This document shows, piece by piece, positions 8,647-17,436 of a stretch of 47,757 nucleotides of DNA (positions are counted from its first letter, which is position 1; every line of letters starts with the position of its first letter). A program made the position numbers and the translations under genes. The notes under the pieces are model-generated. The model ran no database searches, was not told the DNA's origin, and saw nothing but the letters and a program-made list of their open reading frames with translations. The DNA comes from a virus (lineage: Duplodnaviria > Caudoviricetes), in the IMG/VR virus record IMGVR_UViG_3300032231_000005, positions 1-47,757 of that record; one strand, written 5' to 3'.

Positions 8647-9027
8647 CTACCCACTGCTATCAGCGTTTTTACTATCGAATGCGCGTAACTGTGACAATAT
8701 ATCGTCTATCCCTTCATCCTCTGTGTGTGGGTTTGGGTTGGTTGAAACGATCCCAAGGTTTTGAATACTGTTGATGATCTCGGATAACTTGCCCCGTATA
8801 TCGTCCAACTCCGTTTTGTCGTTGTCATGATTGTCATAATAGAACGCCAACGCTTCTATAATTGCCTTACGTCGGTTGTTATCAAAACGGCTAACCAACT
8901 CAACAAACGCAGTAACCGCTTTCCCTTCAATTTCGCTATTTGATTCGCATAACCGAACGCTGATGTTAGTGGAGCGATAACCTAACTTACCACTCCACCG
9001 TTGATGCTCATGTAATATGCGTGGCAT
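8647..9027 (-). CDS. ParR-like DNA-binding adaptor (putative)
   Basis: Coupled downstream of the actin-like ATPase; ISVRL beta-strand followed by helices (RHH-like), coiled coil and acidic C-terminal helix. Confidence 0.55.
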   Translation of the reverse strand: MPRILHEHQRWSGKLGYRSTNISVRLCESNSEIEGKAVTAFVELVSRFDNNRRKAIIEALAFYYDNHDNDKTELDDIRGKLSEIINSIQNLGIVSTNPNPHTEDEGIDDILSQLRAFDSKNADSSG

Positions 9028-10172
9028 TATATCCCCTTACTTCGTGGTGATTCTACGACTTGCATAACACCGTTGATGATTGCGTAACGAATACGCTCTA
9101 AGGCGGCGGTTGCTTTTCTAACATGGACATCACGTCCATATTTCTCTTTGAATAACGGATATGTAGCCATACTAGCACCGCCACCGAAAACAACCAATTG
9201 ATTCCGCACACCGCCCTGCTGGTCAAATACCGTTGAAATGGCATTCAATAAGCGACTACGCAATTCATCTGCCTTGTCAGCACAATCTAATTTGCGACTA
9301 ATACCGTAAGCGTACCTACCTGTCAGGAGTGCATTAAGCACCAATGAAACATCCATCTCGTTATTGTGTTGGAATAAATCTAAGTTCTCACGCTTGATGT
9401 ATTCATATAGCTCATGATAAATCAAGCCGATGCCGATAGCATATGAGCGTGTGCCACCTTCCATGATCTCCCCATTTTTTACAACGGTTGTATCAAATGT
9501 GGTTGACCCCCCATCAAAAACAATAATTTGTTTCGACAAGTCTAAGCGCCGGTCCTCATTACCATCCTTACGCAAAGCATAAGAATAAAACGCGCCAATA
9601 GGCTCAGGTCTGCATTGCACCTCTGCGTATGAGCGCACCTTGGTAACGCCATGCCAACCCTCTATAGTGATCTCTTGCCCATTCTTCTCAATTAAATCTT
9701 TAATCCGTGGGCGAAAATCAAAATCGCGTGGAGCATGTGTTGCAACGAATTGCAAGCGAAGGCGACGGTACGACTTGTTATGATGATACACAAACTCATT
9801 AAGTGCATATGACAACGCACAAAAATATAGCGCATCAAAGTAACCCTCCACATAACGCTCAGCACCGATTTTAACGGTCAAGCATGAATCGTGATATGTC
9901 GCCACATCACCATAAGCATATAGGTGTTGCTTGTTATCGTGCGTAATCAGGGTATACCCGTGCTTTAGTCTGCCAGCTTCCATATACCGATCAATATCAT
10001 TCACATCCAACACCGCTAACCGATGCTTGAAATGAAAATCAAAGACACGATTGCCTTCGATCTCTAGCCACGGTTTACCGTCACCATTGCCGATGTCACC
10101 ACCGAAGCCACCGAGTGCAATCTTCGCAATCTGTATAACTTTCGAGTGGTCAAAATTAAATAAGTTCGTCAT
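9027..10172 (-). CDS. ParM/StbA-family actin-like ATPase
   Basis: Phosphate-1 GDIGNGDGK, connect-1 PEPIGA, phosphate-2 VFDGGSTTFD, adenosine FGGGAS; likely start MTNLF at 10172 with SD AGAGG. Confidence 0.85.
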   Translation of the reverse strand: MTNLFNFDHSKVIQIAKIALGGFGGDIGNGDGKPWLEIEGNRVFDFHFKHRLAVLDVNDIDRYMEAGRLKHGYTLITHDNKQHLYAYGDVATYHDSCLTVKIGAERYVEGYFDALYFCALSYALNEFVYHHNKSYRRLRLQFVATHAPRDFDFRPRIKDLIEKNGQEITIEGWHGVTKVRSYAEVQCRPEPIGAFYSYALRKDGNEDRRLDLSKQIIVFDGGSTTFDTTVVKNGEIMEGGTRSYAIGIGLIYHELYEYIKRENLDLFQHNNEMDVSLVLNALLTGRYAYGISRKLDCADKADELRSRLLNAISTVFDQQGGVRNQLVVFGGGASMATYPLFKEKYGRDVHVRKATAALERIRYAIINGVMQVVESPRSKGI

Positions 10173-10186
10173 CCTCTTTTCCCTTT

Positions 10187-10238
10187 GTGTACGTTTCGTA
10201 TATGCCATAGTATACAATACGTACACGCCACAGCGCAA
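10187..10238 (-). promoter_or_regulatory. parM promoter with inverted-repeat operator
   Basis: TTGCGC-18-TATACT; 16-bp arms GTGTACGTTTCGTATA (10187-10202) / TATACAATACGTACAC (10211-10226), 2 mismatches. Confidence 0.65.
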
Positions 10239-10366
10239 GTTACAATATTGTTATGTTTTTATCCCTTATTCCAAACGATGTAAAATCTAAATCTCGTTAC
10301 ATCCCACTACCCCCGCGCAAACATATCCGCTATACTACTTACACGCTCCTTAGCACCGCCGTCACG

Positions 10367-10399
10367 AAACGGGCTAGCCATTATGGTTAGCCCGTTTTG
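10367..10399. terminator. Bidirectional intrinsic terminator
   Basis: AAACGGGCTAGCCA-TTA-TGGTTAGCCCGTTTT. Confidence 0.8.
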
Positions 10400-10409
10400 C
10401 GTTCACTCG

Positions 10410-10694
10410 TTATTTGTTTCTGAATTTCTCGGCGTGTAGTTCGCGTTCGTCTATCAATTTGCGAACTTCTAACAGCTTCTCAGCAATCGCAAGTTGATAT
10501 TTTGCGTCTTCATTAGCACCGTTATACATTCCATCTCTGTATGCTGTAGGCTCAAGTAGCGAACCAATGCTATCCCACTGTTGTGCGTTGCGTTGGTGGT
10601 CATTTACATATGCCTCTAATTCTTCTGTTGATAGCATAGCTATACTTCTCGCACACTGTACCAATATCATCTTTATAAAATCATCATTCATTGT
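10410..10694 (-). CDS. Hypothetical protein
   Basis: Likely start near M(T)MNDDF; the longer ORF call overlaps the upstream gene. Confidence 0.55.
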   Translation of the reverse strand, partial: TMNDDFIKMILVQCARSIAMLSTEELEAYVNDHQRNAQQWDSIGSLLEPTAYRDGMYNGANEDAKYQLAIAEKLLEVRKLIDERELHAEKFRNK

Positions 10695-10947
10695 CATTGC
10701 CCTTTTCAGTATATTCGTCAGGGAATACCCCGAACTCCGTTTTATCACACCAATTGCATATGTGCATATTCTCATTAGTCGGGTTGCCAGCGCATAGCGA
10801 ACCGTCACACTCGATTGTGTCATCTATTTTTATGCTACCTTCGCCAACACACTCCCCGCAAGCAATTGAGAACCTGCCATGTTGGAACGTGCCTTGACCC
10901 TTGCAGGCTAAACACGTTTTGTGTCCCGTAATGTGTATCTTGCTCAT
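10684..10947 (-). CDS. Small zinc-finger protein (DnaJ-type CxxCxGxG repeats)
   Basis: CLACKGQG...CGECVGEG plus further Cys pairs. Confidence 0.65.
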   Translation of the reverse strand: MSKIHITGHKTCLACKGQGTFQHGRFSIACGECVGEGSIKIDDTIECDGSLCAGNPTNENMHICNWCDKTEFGVFPDEYTEKGNDNE

Positions 10948-11135
10948 GCGTTATCCTTTTCACTCATTTCACTATCTATCATCGTTTTCGCCTCCGTTAA
11001 CAACGCCAATTGCTTATCGCGCCACACTTGCCATTGATCGTCACCGACACCGCGCCCCTTGCTTTCGTGGTACGTCAGGTTGTGGAGGCAATCAACAACC
11101 TCATAACATAGCTGTATATATCTATCTCTATTCAT
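10944..11135 (-). CDS. Hypothetical protein
   Basis: Coupled 63-aa ORF. Confidence 0.5.
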   Translation of the reverse strand: MNRDRYIQLCYEVVDCLHNLTYHESKGRGVGDDQWQVWRDKQLALLTEAKTMIDSEMSEKDNA

Positions 11136-11231
11136 CGTTGCGCCTGTCTACATATATGTGCTTTAAACCATTGCGCTCGGCACGGTCACACCATTTACGA
11201 CTGCCTACAATTGCGATTGTGATTTTACTCA

Positions 11232-11525
11232 TCAGTCCATTGCCCCTATCGCTCTTAGCGCATCGTCAACGCTACGCACCACAAATACATTTTGTCCACA
11301 CAATATGGCGCGTTCTATCCAAATACGTTGCCCATCGGACAGCCTACCCGTTTTTGTTTTCACTTCCAACCAATAGAGCGTATCACGATACCACACGCGC
11401 AAGTCCGGCTCATCTGTCCCGTTGTTGCGCTCGATATCTTCTTTGCTATCTACAATCTCATATAGCGCGTTGACGATTTCAGGTTCATTAGCGTCTCGCT
11501 TCGGGTTGTACCTATTCTTGCTCAT
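11232..11525 (-). CDS. VRR-NUC / PD-(D/E)XK resolvase-like nuclease
   Basis: RDANEPEIV...PDL...LEVKTKTGRLSDGQ...VVRSVDDAL. Confidence 0.85.
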   Translation of the reverse strand: MSKNRYNPKRDANEPEIVNALYEIVDSKEDIERNNGTDEPDLRVWYRDTLYWLEVKTKTGRLSDGQRIWIERAILCGQNVFVVRSVDDALRAIGAMD

Positions 11526-11751
11526 TCACACCGTTCCATTCCGTACCCTCGGTTATCATTGTCGCTATTTCGTTTTCTGTTGCGTCAACTTGTTTAAAAC
11601 GTTGCGGATTTGCAAGTGTCTCCCAAACAAAAAACTGAGCGTTTAGAAATGTTTGCCCCTCGGTACTCCTACCATCAGACCTACATAGCATCTTCTTTGG
11701 CTGGTAACCGCCTATATAAACTTTCACCACATAGTAAATGTACTCAGTCAT
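11512..11751 (-). CDS. Hypothetical protein
   Basis: Coupled ORF. Confidence 0.5.
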   Translation of the reverse strand: MTEYIYYVVKVYIGGYQPKKMLCRSDGRSTEGQTFLNAQFFVWETLANPQRFKQVDATENEIATMITEGTEWNGVNEQE

Positions 11752-12017
11752 TCCGCTTGCCCCTCACTCATCACTTGCGCCTCTTGCTTATCACTATTCA
11801 TTTTGTCGTGACAATTTAGCCACTCGCCCTCAGCAACAAACTGCATGTGACTTATCACCGCTTGCCACGCTAACCTTACGTCAATGCAATCAGCGTCATT
11901 GTCACATAGCCATATACCTAACTTGCCACGTATCGCGTCAACATCGGCTATTAATTGGTCGTCTATCTCGTTAAATGCTTCTGTATATGTCCCATCAGGG
12001 TTACATACTTTACTCAT
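11748..12017 (-). CDS. Hypothetical protein
   Basis: Likely start MSKVC at 12017 with SD GGGAG. Confidence 0.55.
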   Translation of the reverse strand: MSKVCNPDGTYTEAFNEIDDQLIADVDAIRGKLGIWLCDNDADCIDVRLAWQAVISHMQFVAEGEWLNCHDKMNSDKQEAQVMSEGQAE

Positions 12018-12963
12018 TTGTCGCTCCCTCACTCATCATTTTACCGTCGTAATCGCGCTTAATCTCATCATACAACACTGCCACATCGCCACCTTGCCAA
12101 TCTGCATTTACTCCACACTCGCCAGTCGTACAGCCATGCTCTAATTCATCGTTTATAGCAAACAAAGGTAAGGTGTCCTGTGTTAGTCCGTCGATCTCAG
12201 CGCGTAACGTTTTGAGCGTCTTGCCTTTTGTAACACCCGTGCTAGTATCACGTAAAAAGCCAAACGGTTTGAAGTGGTCTGATTTCCCGTGCATACCTTG
12301 TTCCCACGCCTCGTACTCTGCGAACAAATCAGGCTTATATGTCAGTGTTCGCTTCCAGTCCCTATTACCTTGCTTAACACAAGCCCCCCCACAATTGGCA
12401 TGTTTATACCCCCATGTGTACATTCGTGGTGGTTGCAAATTCATAGCTGATTTGCAGTAATCCTGAGCATCATATACTTTGTACATCAACAAAGGATAGA
12501 ATACGTTGACACCGATTGATTTATAATTGCGGATTGGTGCGCTCAACCGCCCGCGTCGCTTGTCCTTATGATCCATGCCTAGCACCATCACAACGGTATA
12601 ATCCGCACTTAACGCCTTGACATAATCCATAATGGGTTTGATTTTTAATTTGAACGTACACGGCGCAATCCGTTGGTTTGGAATAATGCTTGCATCTTCA
12701 GATACTTGTAATGGCGTTCTACCTTCACACAGTCGAGTGATCGGCACTTGCCAACGTTGCTTTAGATCATTTAAGAATCGGTAATTATCTGCATCCTCGA
12801 CAAGTGTGTCTGCAAACAACATCTCGACTTGCCCTTTGCCGAAGTGCTTTAGCATTAAATCGCCTGCCACCGCGCTAGGCACACCGCTAGACAGCGATAC
12901 CACAAAGCGGACAGGCTTGTGTTCTATCTGTGATGTGTAGTAATCGTGTGTCCAGTGTCTCAT
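12010..12963 (-). CDS. PAPS-reductase-like PP-loop protein with Cys clusters
   Basis: SLSSGVPSA PP-loop, FADT.VED.DNYRF, CTFKLKIKP, HANCGGACVK, C-terminal CTTGEC. Confidence 0.8.
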   Translation of the reverse strand: MRHWTHDYYTSQIEHKPVRFVVSLSSGVPSAVAGDLMLKHFGKGQVEMLFADTLVEDADNYRFLNDLKQRWQVPITRLCEGRTPLQVSEDASIIPNQRIAPCTFKLKIKPIMDYVKALSADYTVVMVLGMDHKDKRRGRLSAPIRNYKSIGVNVFYPLLMYKVYDAQDYCKSAMNLQPPRMYTWGYKHANCGGACVKQGNRDWKRTLTYKPDLFAEYEAWEQGMHGKSDHFKPFGFLRDTSTGVTKGKTLKTLRAEIDGLTQDTLPLFAINDELEHGCTTGECGVNADWQGGDVAVLYDEIKRDYDGKMMSEGATNE

Positions 12964-13036
12964 TCCGCTTGCCCCTCACTCATCATTTTACCGTCGTAAT
13001 CGCGCTTAGTCTCATCATACAACACTGCCACATCGC
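12026..13036. repeat. 64-bp direct repeat pair (12026-12089, 12973-13036) flanking the PAPS-reductase-like gene
   Basis: 63/64 identical by eye; a separate 26-bp identical pair lies at 11748-11773 and 12960-12985. Confidence 0.9.
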
Positions 13037-13148
13037 AACCGTAGCGCGTAATAGTTGCGCCACCGTCAGTTACCACTGTGACCTTAATTGTGTCAGCGTC
13101 CACCCGTTCGGTCTTGAATTGCGCTGGCATTGATTTAAGTTGTTTCAT
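12960..13148 (-). CDS. Hypothetical protein
   Basis: Likely start MKQLK at 13148; its C-terminus is shared with the PAPS-reductase-like gene. Confidence 0.55.
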   Translation of the reverse strand: MKQLKSMPAQFKTERVDADTIKVTVVTDGGATITRYGCDVAVLYDETKRDYDGKMMSEGQAE

Positions 13149-13887
13149 TGGTCGCTCCAAATAACGATAATTGACTTCCGTTTTTAGGCATAACTACAAA
13201 ATTTAATCTATCTTTAGCCATTTTTGTATATTTAACAGAGTTATCAATATATACAAAATCCAGCCCTAACCGTTGCGCTGATACCGCAACCGTTCCAGAC
13301 CCCCCGAATGGGTCTAGTATAACTTGCGCGTTGGTAGATTTAATTATCCTATCCGATAATGCTACGGGGAACGGCGCGGGGTGCAAATTGCTCCCCGACT
13401 CTTGTTTAATACTCCACACGTCCCCCAAAGAACTCGCATTGTCCGCTAACTCAAATTGCGGTTTGGCAATTAAATAGATAACCTCATAGGTCGGCAAGAA
13501 GTAGCCGGGGTTAAAATTAATGCCTCCCGCACGTTGCCATATAATTATTTGCCGTACTGGAAAACCACTTAAAATGTCGCTACGATCTTGCAATAAACCA
13601 CCTTGTACACGCCACTTGTGATTATAAAATATCGCACCATTATCAGGAATTAAGCGCATCATCTCTGTTAGGCAAGCGCGTTGCCATGTCACATAATCAC
13701 CGTGTTCCATGTTATCATCATGTGCATTGTAACCTTCACTCAGTTCGGGCGTTTTCCATTTGCCACCTTTAGAGACACCACCTAGATTATAAGGCGGGCT
13801 AGTCACCACTAAATCAATAACACCCGCGGGTATCTTACGCATAACCTCTATACAATCGCCTGTCAAGAATTGATTTATGTAATCCAT
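13135..13887 (-). CDS. DNA N6/N4 methyltransferase (beta class), orphan
   Basis: GDCIEVM, VTSPPY catalytic motif, HPAPFP, LDPFGGSGT SAM-binding motif. Confidence 0.93.
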   Translation of the reverse strand: MDYINQFLTGDCIEVMRKIPAGVIDLVVTSPPYNLGGVSKGGKWKTPELSEGYNAHDDNMEHGDYVTWQRACLTEMMRLIPDNGAIFYNHKWRVQGGLLQDRSDILSGFPVRQIIIWQRAGGINFNPGYFLPTYEVIYLIAKPQFELADNASSLGDVWSIKQESGSNLHPAPFPVALSDRIIKSTNAQVILDPFGGSGTVAVSAQRLGLDFVYIDNSVKYTKMAKDRLNFVVMPKNGSQLSLFGATNETT

Positions 13888-15782
13888 TACTTGCCTCCTT
13901 GCTTATTCTCTGGCGCGTCAATTAATTTACCGCCCACCGTCCACTCTAGGTTACGTTTAGCCCCCACCAAATCATGCCAGCGGTCTTTAAGCACCTTAAT
14001 CTTAATCGTACCCTCTGGATATTGAAAATCCATAGATACATTGTTATCAATTTTCATCAGCGCATCATGATTGTAGATGCTAAATATCTTGTCGCCGTCT
14101 TCCTCAATATCCCCCGCGTGTTTCGCGTCCTGTAGCAATGGTTCTTTTTCTTTACGATCTTTATTATTGCGCCCCGTCTGCGATGTCACGATAACGGGAA
14201 TGTTGAATTCCTTAGCTATACTGATGTTGGCTTTTGAGTTGCGTCGTGTAACTTCATACGCCGTGCCAACCCCACCCATATTTTGGATGCTGTCAATCAC
14301 GACGTACTCATAATTATCGGCACTTAACGCGGTGCGAACATCTTCACTTGTCGGTGAACCATTAGGCAGAAAATCAAAGCAGTCCTGAACATATTCGTAA
14401 GCGTCACGAACTAATCGCTTTTTTTCGGATGGTAATTTATGCGGGCTTAATATCAGTGTCTTAAACCCAACACCCGCCAACATCGCCACCATTGACTGCA
14501 TATAATCTACGACCCCCGACTCTGACGGCACGATCAAACCGCGTGCGTTCTCGTGCATCCCTAAAATAAAAGTACGCATTAAATTTGACTTGCCCTGATT
14601 GGTCATGGCATAAAAGTAATACAGTTTAGACTTCTCAAATCCCAACGTCATACGATCAATTGCCGGAATACCACACGATAAACCCAAAAGCGCACGCGGG
14701 TGCAATATCTTATCCTCAAAATCCGCTAACGCTTGCTTGGCTATATCTTGCGATGATTGCACCGTCACACCACCATACTTTTGACGTGCCGTGGCTAGCT
14801 CGGTTGATGCGCGGTCTAGTATGCGCGTAATATCTAAATCGGTAGCGTTGGCTTTAATAGCGCGATGCAAGCCCACAATGCTGTTATTTAGCTGTGAGAT
14901 GCCATCTAAGGCATTTTTAGCATCAATAGGTGTGTTGATAGCCTCAACCGCTAAAAGCGTTAAACTGTCGATTGCCTCGAATGTGTGCAACTTGCAATAA
15001 TCTGCTAAGTCACCACCATCAGTTAAGCCCAAGTCTACAGGCTTTGCTTTCGGGATTTGTGCGTTAATCTTTTCGGTGGCTTTACGCCCCGTGTCGTCAC
15101 AGTCTAGCGCGATAATAATGTCACCCTTCCAGAGTGTATTTAACTCTGTAAGTAACTCATCTGGTATTGCCTTCTCGCCACCACCCGCCACTGTGAAGGC
15201 AGGCACTCCCACTGCTAATCCGGCGACGGTGCTAATCTCTCCGTTGCAATAGACTAACGCCTTCCCGTCTTCTTTAGCCATTTTGACCGCTTGCTTTAGC
15301 CCATACCAACACCGTTTGTAACCTGTCGGGTTGATAAACTTTGATGATACCTTGCCATTCTTGTCTATTTTCTTATCTAAAAAGCGGTGACGTGTACCGT
15401 TAGCTGTCGGGATAGCTAATGCAGGTCTATTGTGATGTGTCACTTCGCGCCAGCCTGCACGATGTAAATCATTGACTGTTACGCCATGCGCTTTTGCATA
15501 ATCTAGTATGCCAATGTATTGGCGATGGGTAGCCTCAGCGTGGGCGCGTTCAAATGCGGGGCGGTCTATGCCTAACTTGTCGCCTAATTCAAACAGGCTA
15601 CCATTTTCGTCGTGAGCATGATCGTAATACGCGCCGTGCGTATCGTCATCTATTGTCAATACAAATGCGTGACTATCGCTGTTGGCGCGAAATGGATTAT
15701 TCATGCGATATGTGCCGTCATGCTGGCGGACTACCTTGCCACGCGCTTCTAACTCGCTCAGCACCTTGTTAGCGTATGTCAT
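13887..15782 (-). CDS. Primase (TOPRIM)-SF4/DnaB-like helicase fusion
   Basis: YCNGEIS and IALDCDDTG TOPRIM motifs; AMTNQGKS Walker A, VVIDSIQ Walker B, TSQTGR, AGDIEEDGD, KDR. Confidence 0.9.
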   Translation of the reverse strand: MTYANKVLSELEARGKVVRQHDGTYRMNNPFRANSDSHAFVLTIDDDTHGAYYDHAHDENGSLFELGDKLGIDRPAFERAHAEATHRQYIGILDYAKAHGVTVNDLHRAGWREVTHHNRPALAIPTANGTRHRFLDKKIDKNGKVSSKFINPTGYKRCWYGLKQAVKMAKEDGKALVYCNGEISTVAGLAVGVPAFTVAGGGEKAIPDELLTELNTLWKGDIIIALDCDDTGRKATEKINAQIPKAKPVDLGLTDGGDLADYCKLHTFEAIDSLTLLAVEAINTPIDAKNALDGISQLNNSIVGLHRAIKANATDLDITRILDRASTELATARQKYGGVTVQSSQDIAKQALADFEDKILHPRALLGLSCGIPAIDRMTLGFEKSKLYYFYAMTNQGKSNLMRTFILGMHENARGLIVPSESGVVDYMQSMVAMLAGVGFKTLILSPHKLPSEKKRLVRDAYEYVQDCFDFLPNGSPTSEDVRTALSADNYEYVVIDSIQNMGGVGTAYEVTRRNSKANISIAKEFNIPVIVTSQTGRNNKDRKEKEPLLQDAKHAGDIEEDGDKIFSIYNHDALMKIDNNVSMDFQYPEGTIKIKVLKDRWHDLVGAKRNLEWTVGGKLIDAPENKQGGK

Positions 15783-15784
15783 GG

Positions 15785-16771
15785 CTAATCCTTAATATCC
15801 ATAATGTCAAATTCAAATGTCTTGTTAGCTGGTTGCTCCGGTTGCCAATTCAGGATGTTAGTCTGCACATTCGTTATCGGTAGCGGGTTACTATTACCCT
15901 TCCAAAAATCCTCCTGATACATCGTGTTCACGTATTGCCAGACTTTGAATGGTTCAACCTTCGCACTCGCTAACGCCTTAATCGCATTCAATGAATTACG
16001 CCACAAATCAATGTTCGTTTTCGCAATCAGCTTATCGTTCTCTGCCAACGCGCCCAACCACGCATGATAGATTGCATTGCATCGAATTGGGAATGTGAGT
16101 GGGTCGGTGCCTGTGGGTCTTTTAACTAACCGTGTATAATCACGCCCCGCATACCACATTTCATCACGCCATGACGCTTGTGGCTTTTCGTCGTATTTAC
16201 AAAGAAGGGGAGAGTTGCTGTGTTTCTTTGTGTTTGACAGTGGGTTTGATTCTGTACTGTTCAACTGACCCCCTCCGGTCTGTTCAACTGTACTACTAGT
16301 GGTCTGTTCAACTGTACTAGTACTGTTCAACTGACCCCCTGTGTTATTCTTGTTAATTTTACGCGCCTTAGCAGTCTGTTTTTGTTTGGATGTTTTCGAT
16401 TCGTTATGGCGTTCTGTAAGACCGTTAGTGTCAGGGTTAGTGGTAAGTTCGTATTTCTGACCTGCATTGGTTGCTTTGCCAACGGGTATCAGAATATTAA
16501 ACTTCGCCAGTGGTGCAAGGTTGCTTATGATCGTGCCTTTCGCCAGACCACAACCGTTATAATGTGTGCCGTCTTTAGTCGTAAACCCTTTTTCAAACAT
16601 CGAAAGACTGATATTCGCTTTACGTGATGAAATTTTATCTTGCCAGCCTAATATGTGGCGTGTAGCGAAAATCAATAACTTAAACTCGTTACCTGACAGC
16701 AGGTGCATTAATTCATCAACATGCGCGTTGGGAGTTTGGAATGTGCGGGGTATGTATTTATTGTCACTCAT
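15785..16771 (-). CDS. Replication initiator / replisome organiser (lambda O-like)
   Basis: FQTPNAHVDELM..LSGNEFKLL...RHILGW...ISLSMF N-terminal wHTH; internal iterons. Confidence 0.85.
   Translation of the reverse strand: MSDNKYIPRTFQTPNAHVDELMHLLSGNEFKLLIFATRHILGWQDKISSRKANISLSMFEKGFTTKDGTHYNGCGLAKGTIISNLAPLAKFNILIPVGKATNAGQKYELTTNPDTNGLTERHNESKTSKQKQTAKARKINKNNTGGQLNSTSTVEQTTSSTVEQTGGGQLNSTESNPLSNTKKHSNSPLLCKYDEKPQASWRDEMWYAGRDYTRLVKRPTGTDPLTFPIRCNAIYHAWLGALAENDKLIAKTNIDLWRNSLNAIKALASAKVEPFKVWQYVNTMYQEDFWKGNSNPLPITNVQTNILNWQPEQPANKTFEFDIMDIKD
16254..16340. repeat. Iterons, putative replication origin
   Basis: CTGTTCAACTG x4 (16257, 16280, 16304, 16323) in ABBA arrangement of 21- and 19-bp units inside the initiator gene. 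Confidence 0.8.
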
Positions 16772-17013
16772 TATTCATTACCCTCTTTTACCTTGCTATC
16801 AATCGACATCGCCACACCGCCCACATTCTTTAACACAACAGTATTAGCGTCTTCGTAGGCTTGGAATGTGGCGTAAATTTCCTTAGCTATGCCTAACTTG
16901 TGCATGAATTCTGCGCTTGCCATAGCCATAGCTGAGTTGTGGTTCATAACAGACAATGATCTATATTGCTCTGCCATTTCGATTTGATCGTTTAGCCACT
17001 TGCTAAAATCCAT
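16771..17013 (-). CDS. Hypothetical protein, first gene of replication operon
   Basis: SD AGAGGA, coupled to the initiator. Confidence 0.6.
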   Translation of the reverse strand: MDFSKWLNDQIEMAEQYRSLSVMNHNSAMAMASAEFMHKLGIAKEIYATFQAYEDANTVVLKNVGGVAMSIDSKVKEGNE

Positions 17014-17042
17014 ATTCTAATCCTCTTATTATCCGTAATAGG

Positions 17043-17146
17043 TTGCGCCATTCGCCGGACGTTGGTATAATTCTTGTTAACAATCCTTCAATGACACGTT
17101 GACTGCTTTGTGCTGAACCCCTGACGAACATCAGGGGATTTTTTAT
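17043..17146 (+). ncRNA. Counter-transcribed small RNA upstream of replication operon
   Basis: TTGCGC(17043)-17-TATAAT(17066) with extended TG; ~70-nt RNA ending CCCCUGA-cgaaca-UCAGGGG-aUUUUUU. Confidence 0.7.
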
Positions 17147-17161
17147 TTACAGCACACACAT

Positions 17162-17190
17162 AGTATATATCGTAATGGCGGAATGTGCAA
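17162..17190 (-). promoter_or_regulatory. Replication operon promoter
   Basis: TTGCAC-17-TATACT. Confidence 0.7.
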
Positions 17191-17211
17191 AGCGTTACCG
17201 GAAGTTACACA

Positions 17212-17436
17212 TTATTTTAAAAAGCCCCTCACTAGGTTGTCGATTTGGTCGAATAAATCATCTGGAAGCGGATCGTGGGTCTTGGTATATGACCATACTT
17301 GATTCAGCAACCCGACAGCTTCAAATAGCTCGTCAGTTACATCATCCAACCGCGCACAAAGCGTTAGCCGTTCCATCTCGTGATGGTTGCGTGGTGGCTG
17401 GAATGGCGGGTTATCGTCAAATGGGAAGCCACTCAT
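17212..17436 (-). CDS. Hypothetical protein
   Basis: Coupled ORF. Confidence 0.5.
   Translation of the reverse strand: MSGFPFDDNPPFQPPRNHHEMERLTLCARLDDVTDELFEAVGLLNQVWSYTKTHDPLPDDLFDQIDNLVRGFLK

Noticed and set aside
16254-16340. Mini-CRISPR array
   Set aside because: Repeats are 11-21 bp with spacing of only 19-24 bp inside a replication initiator, which fits iterons.
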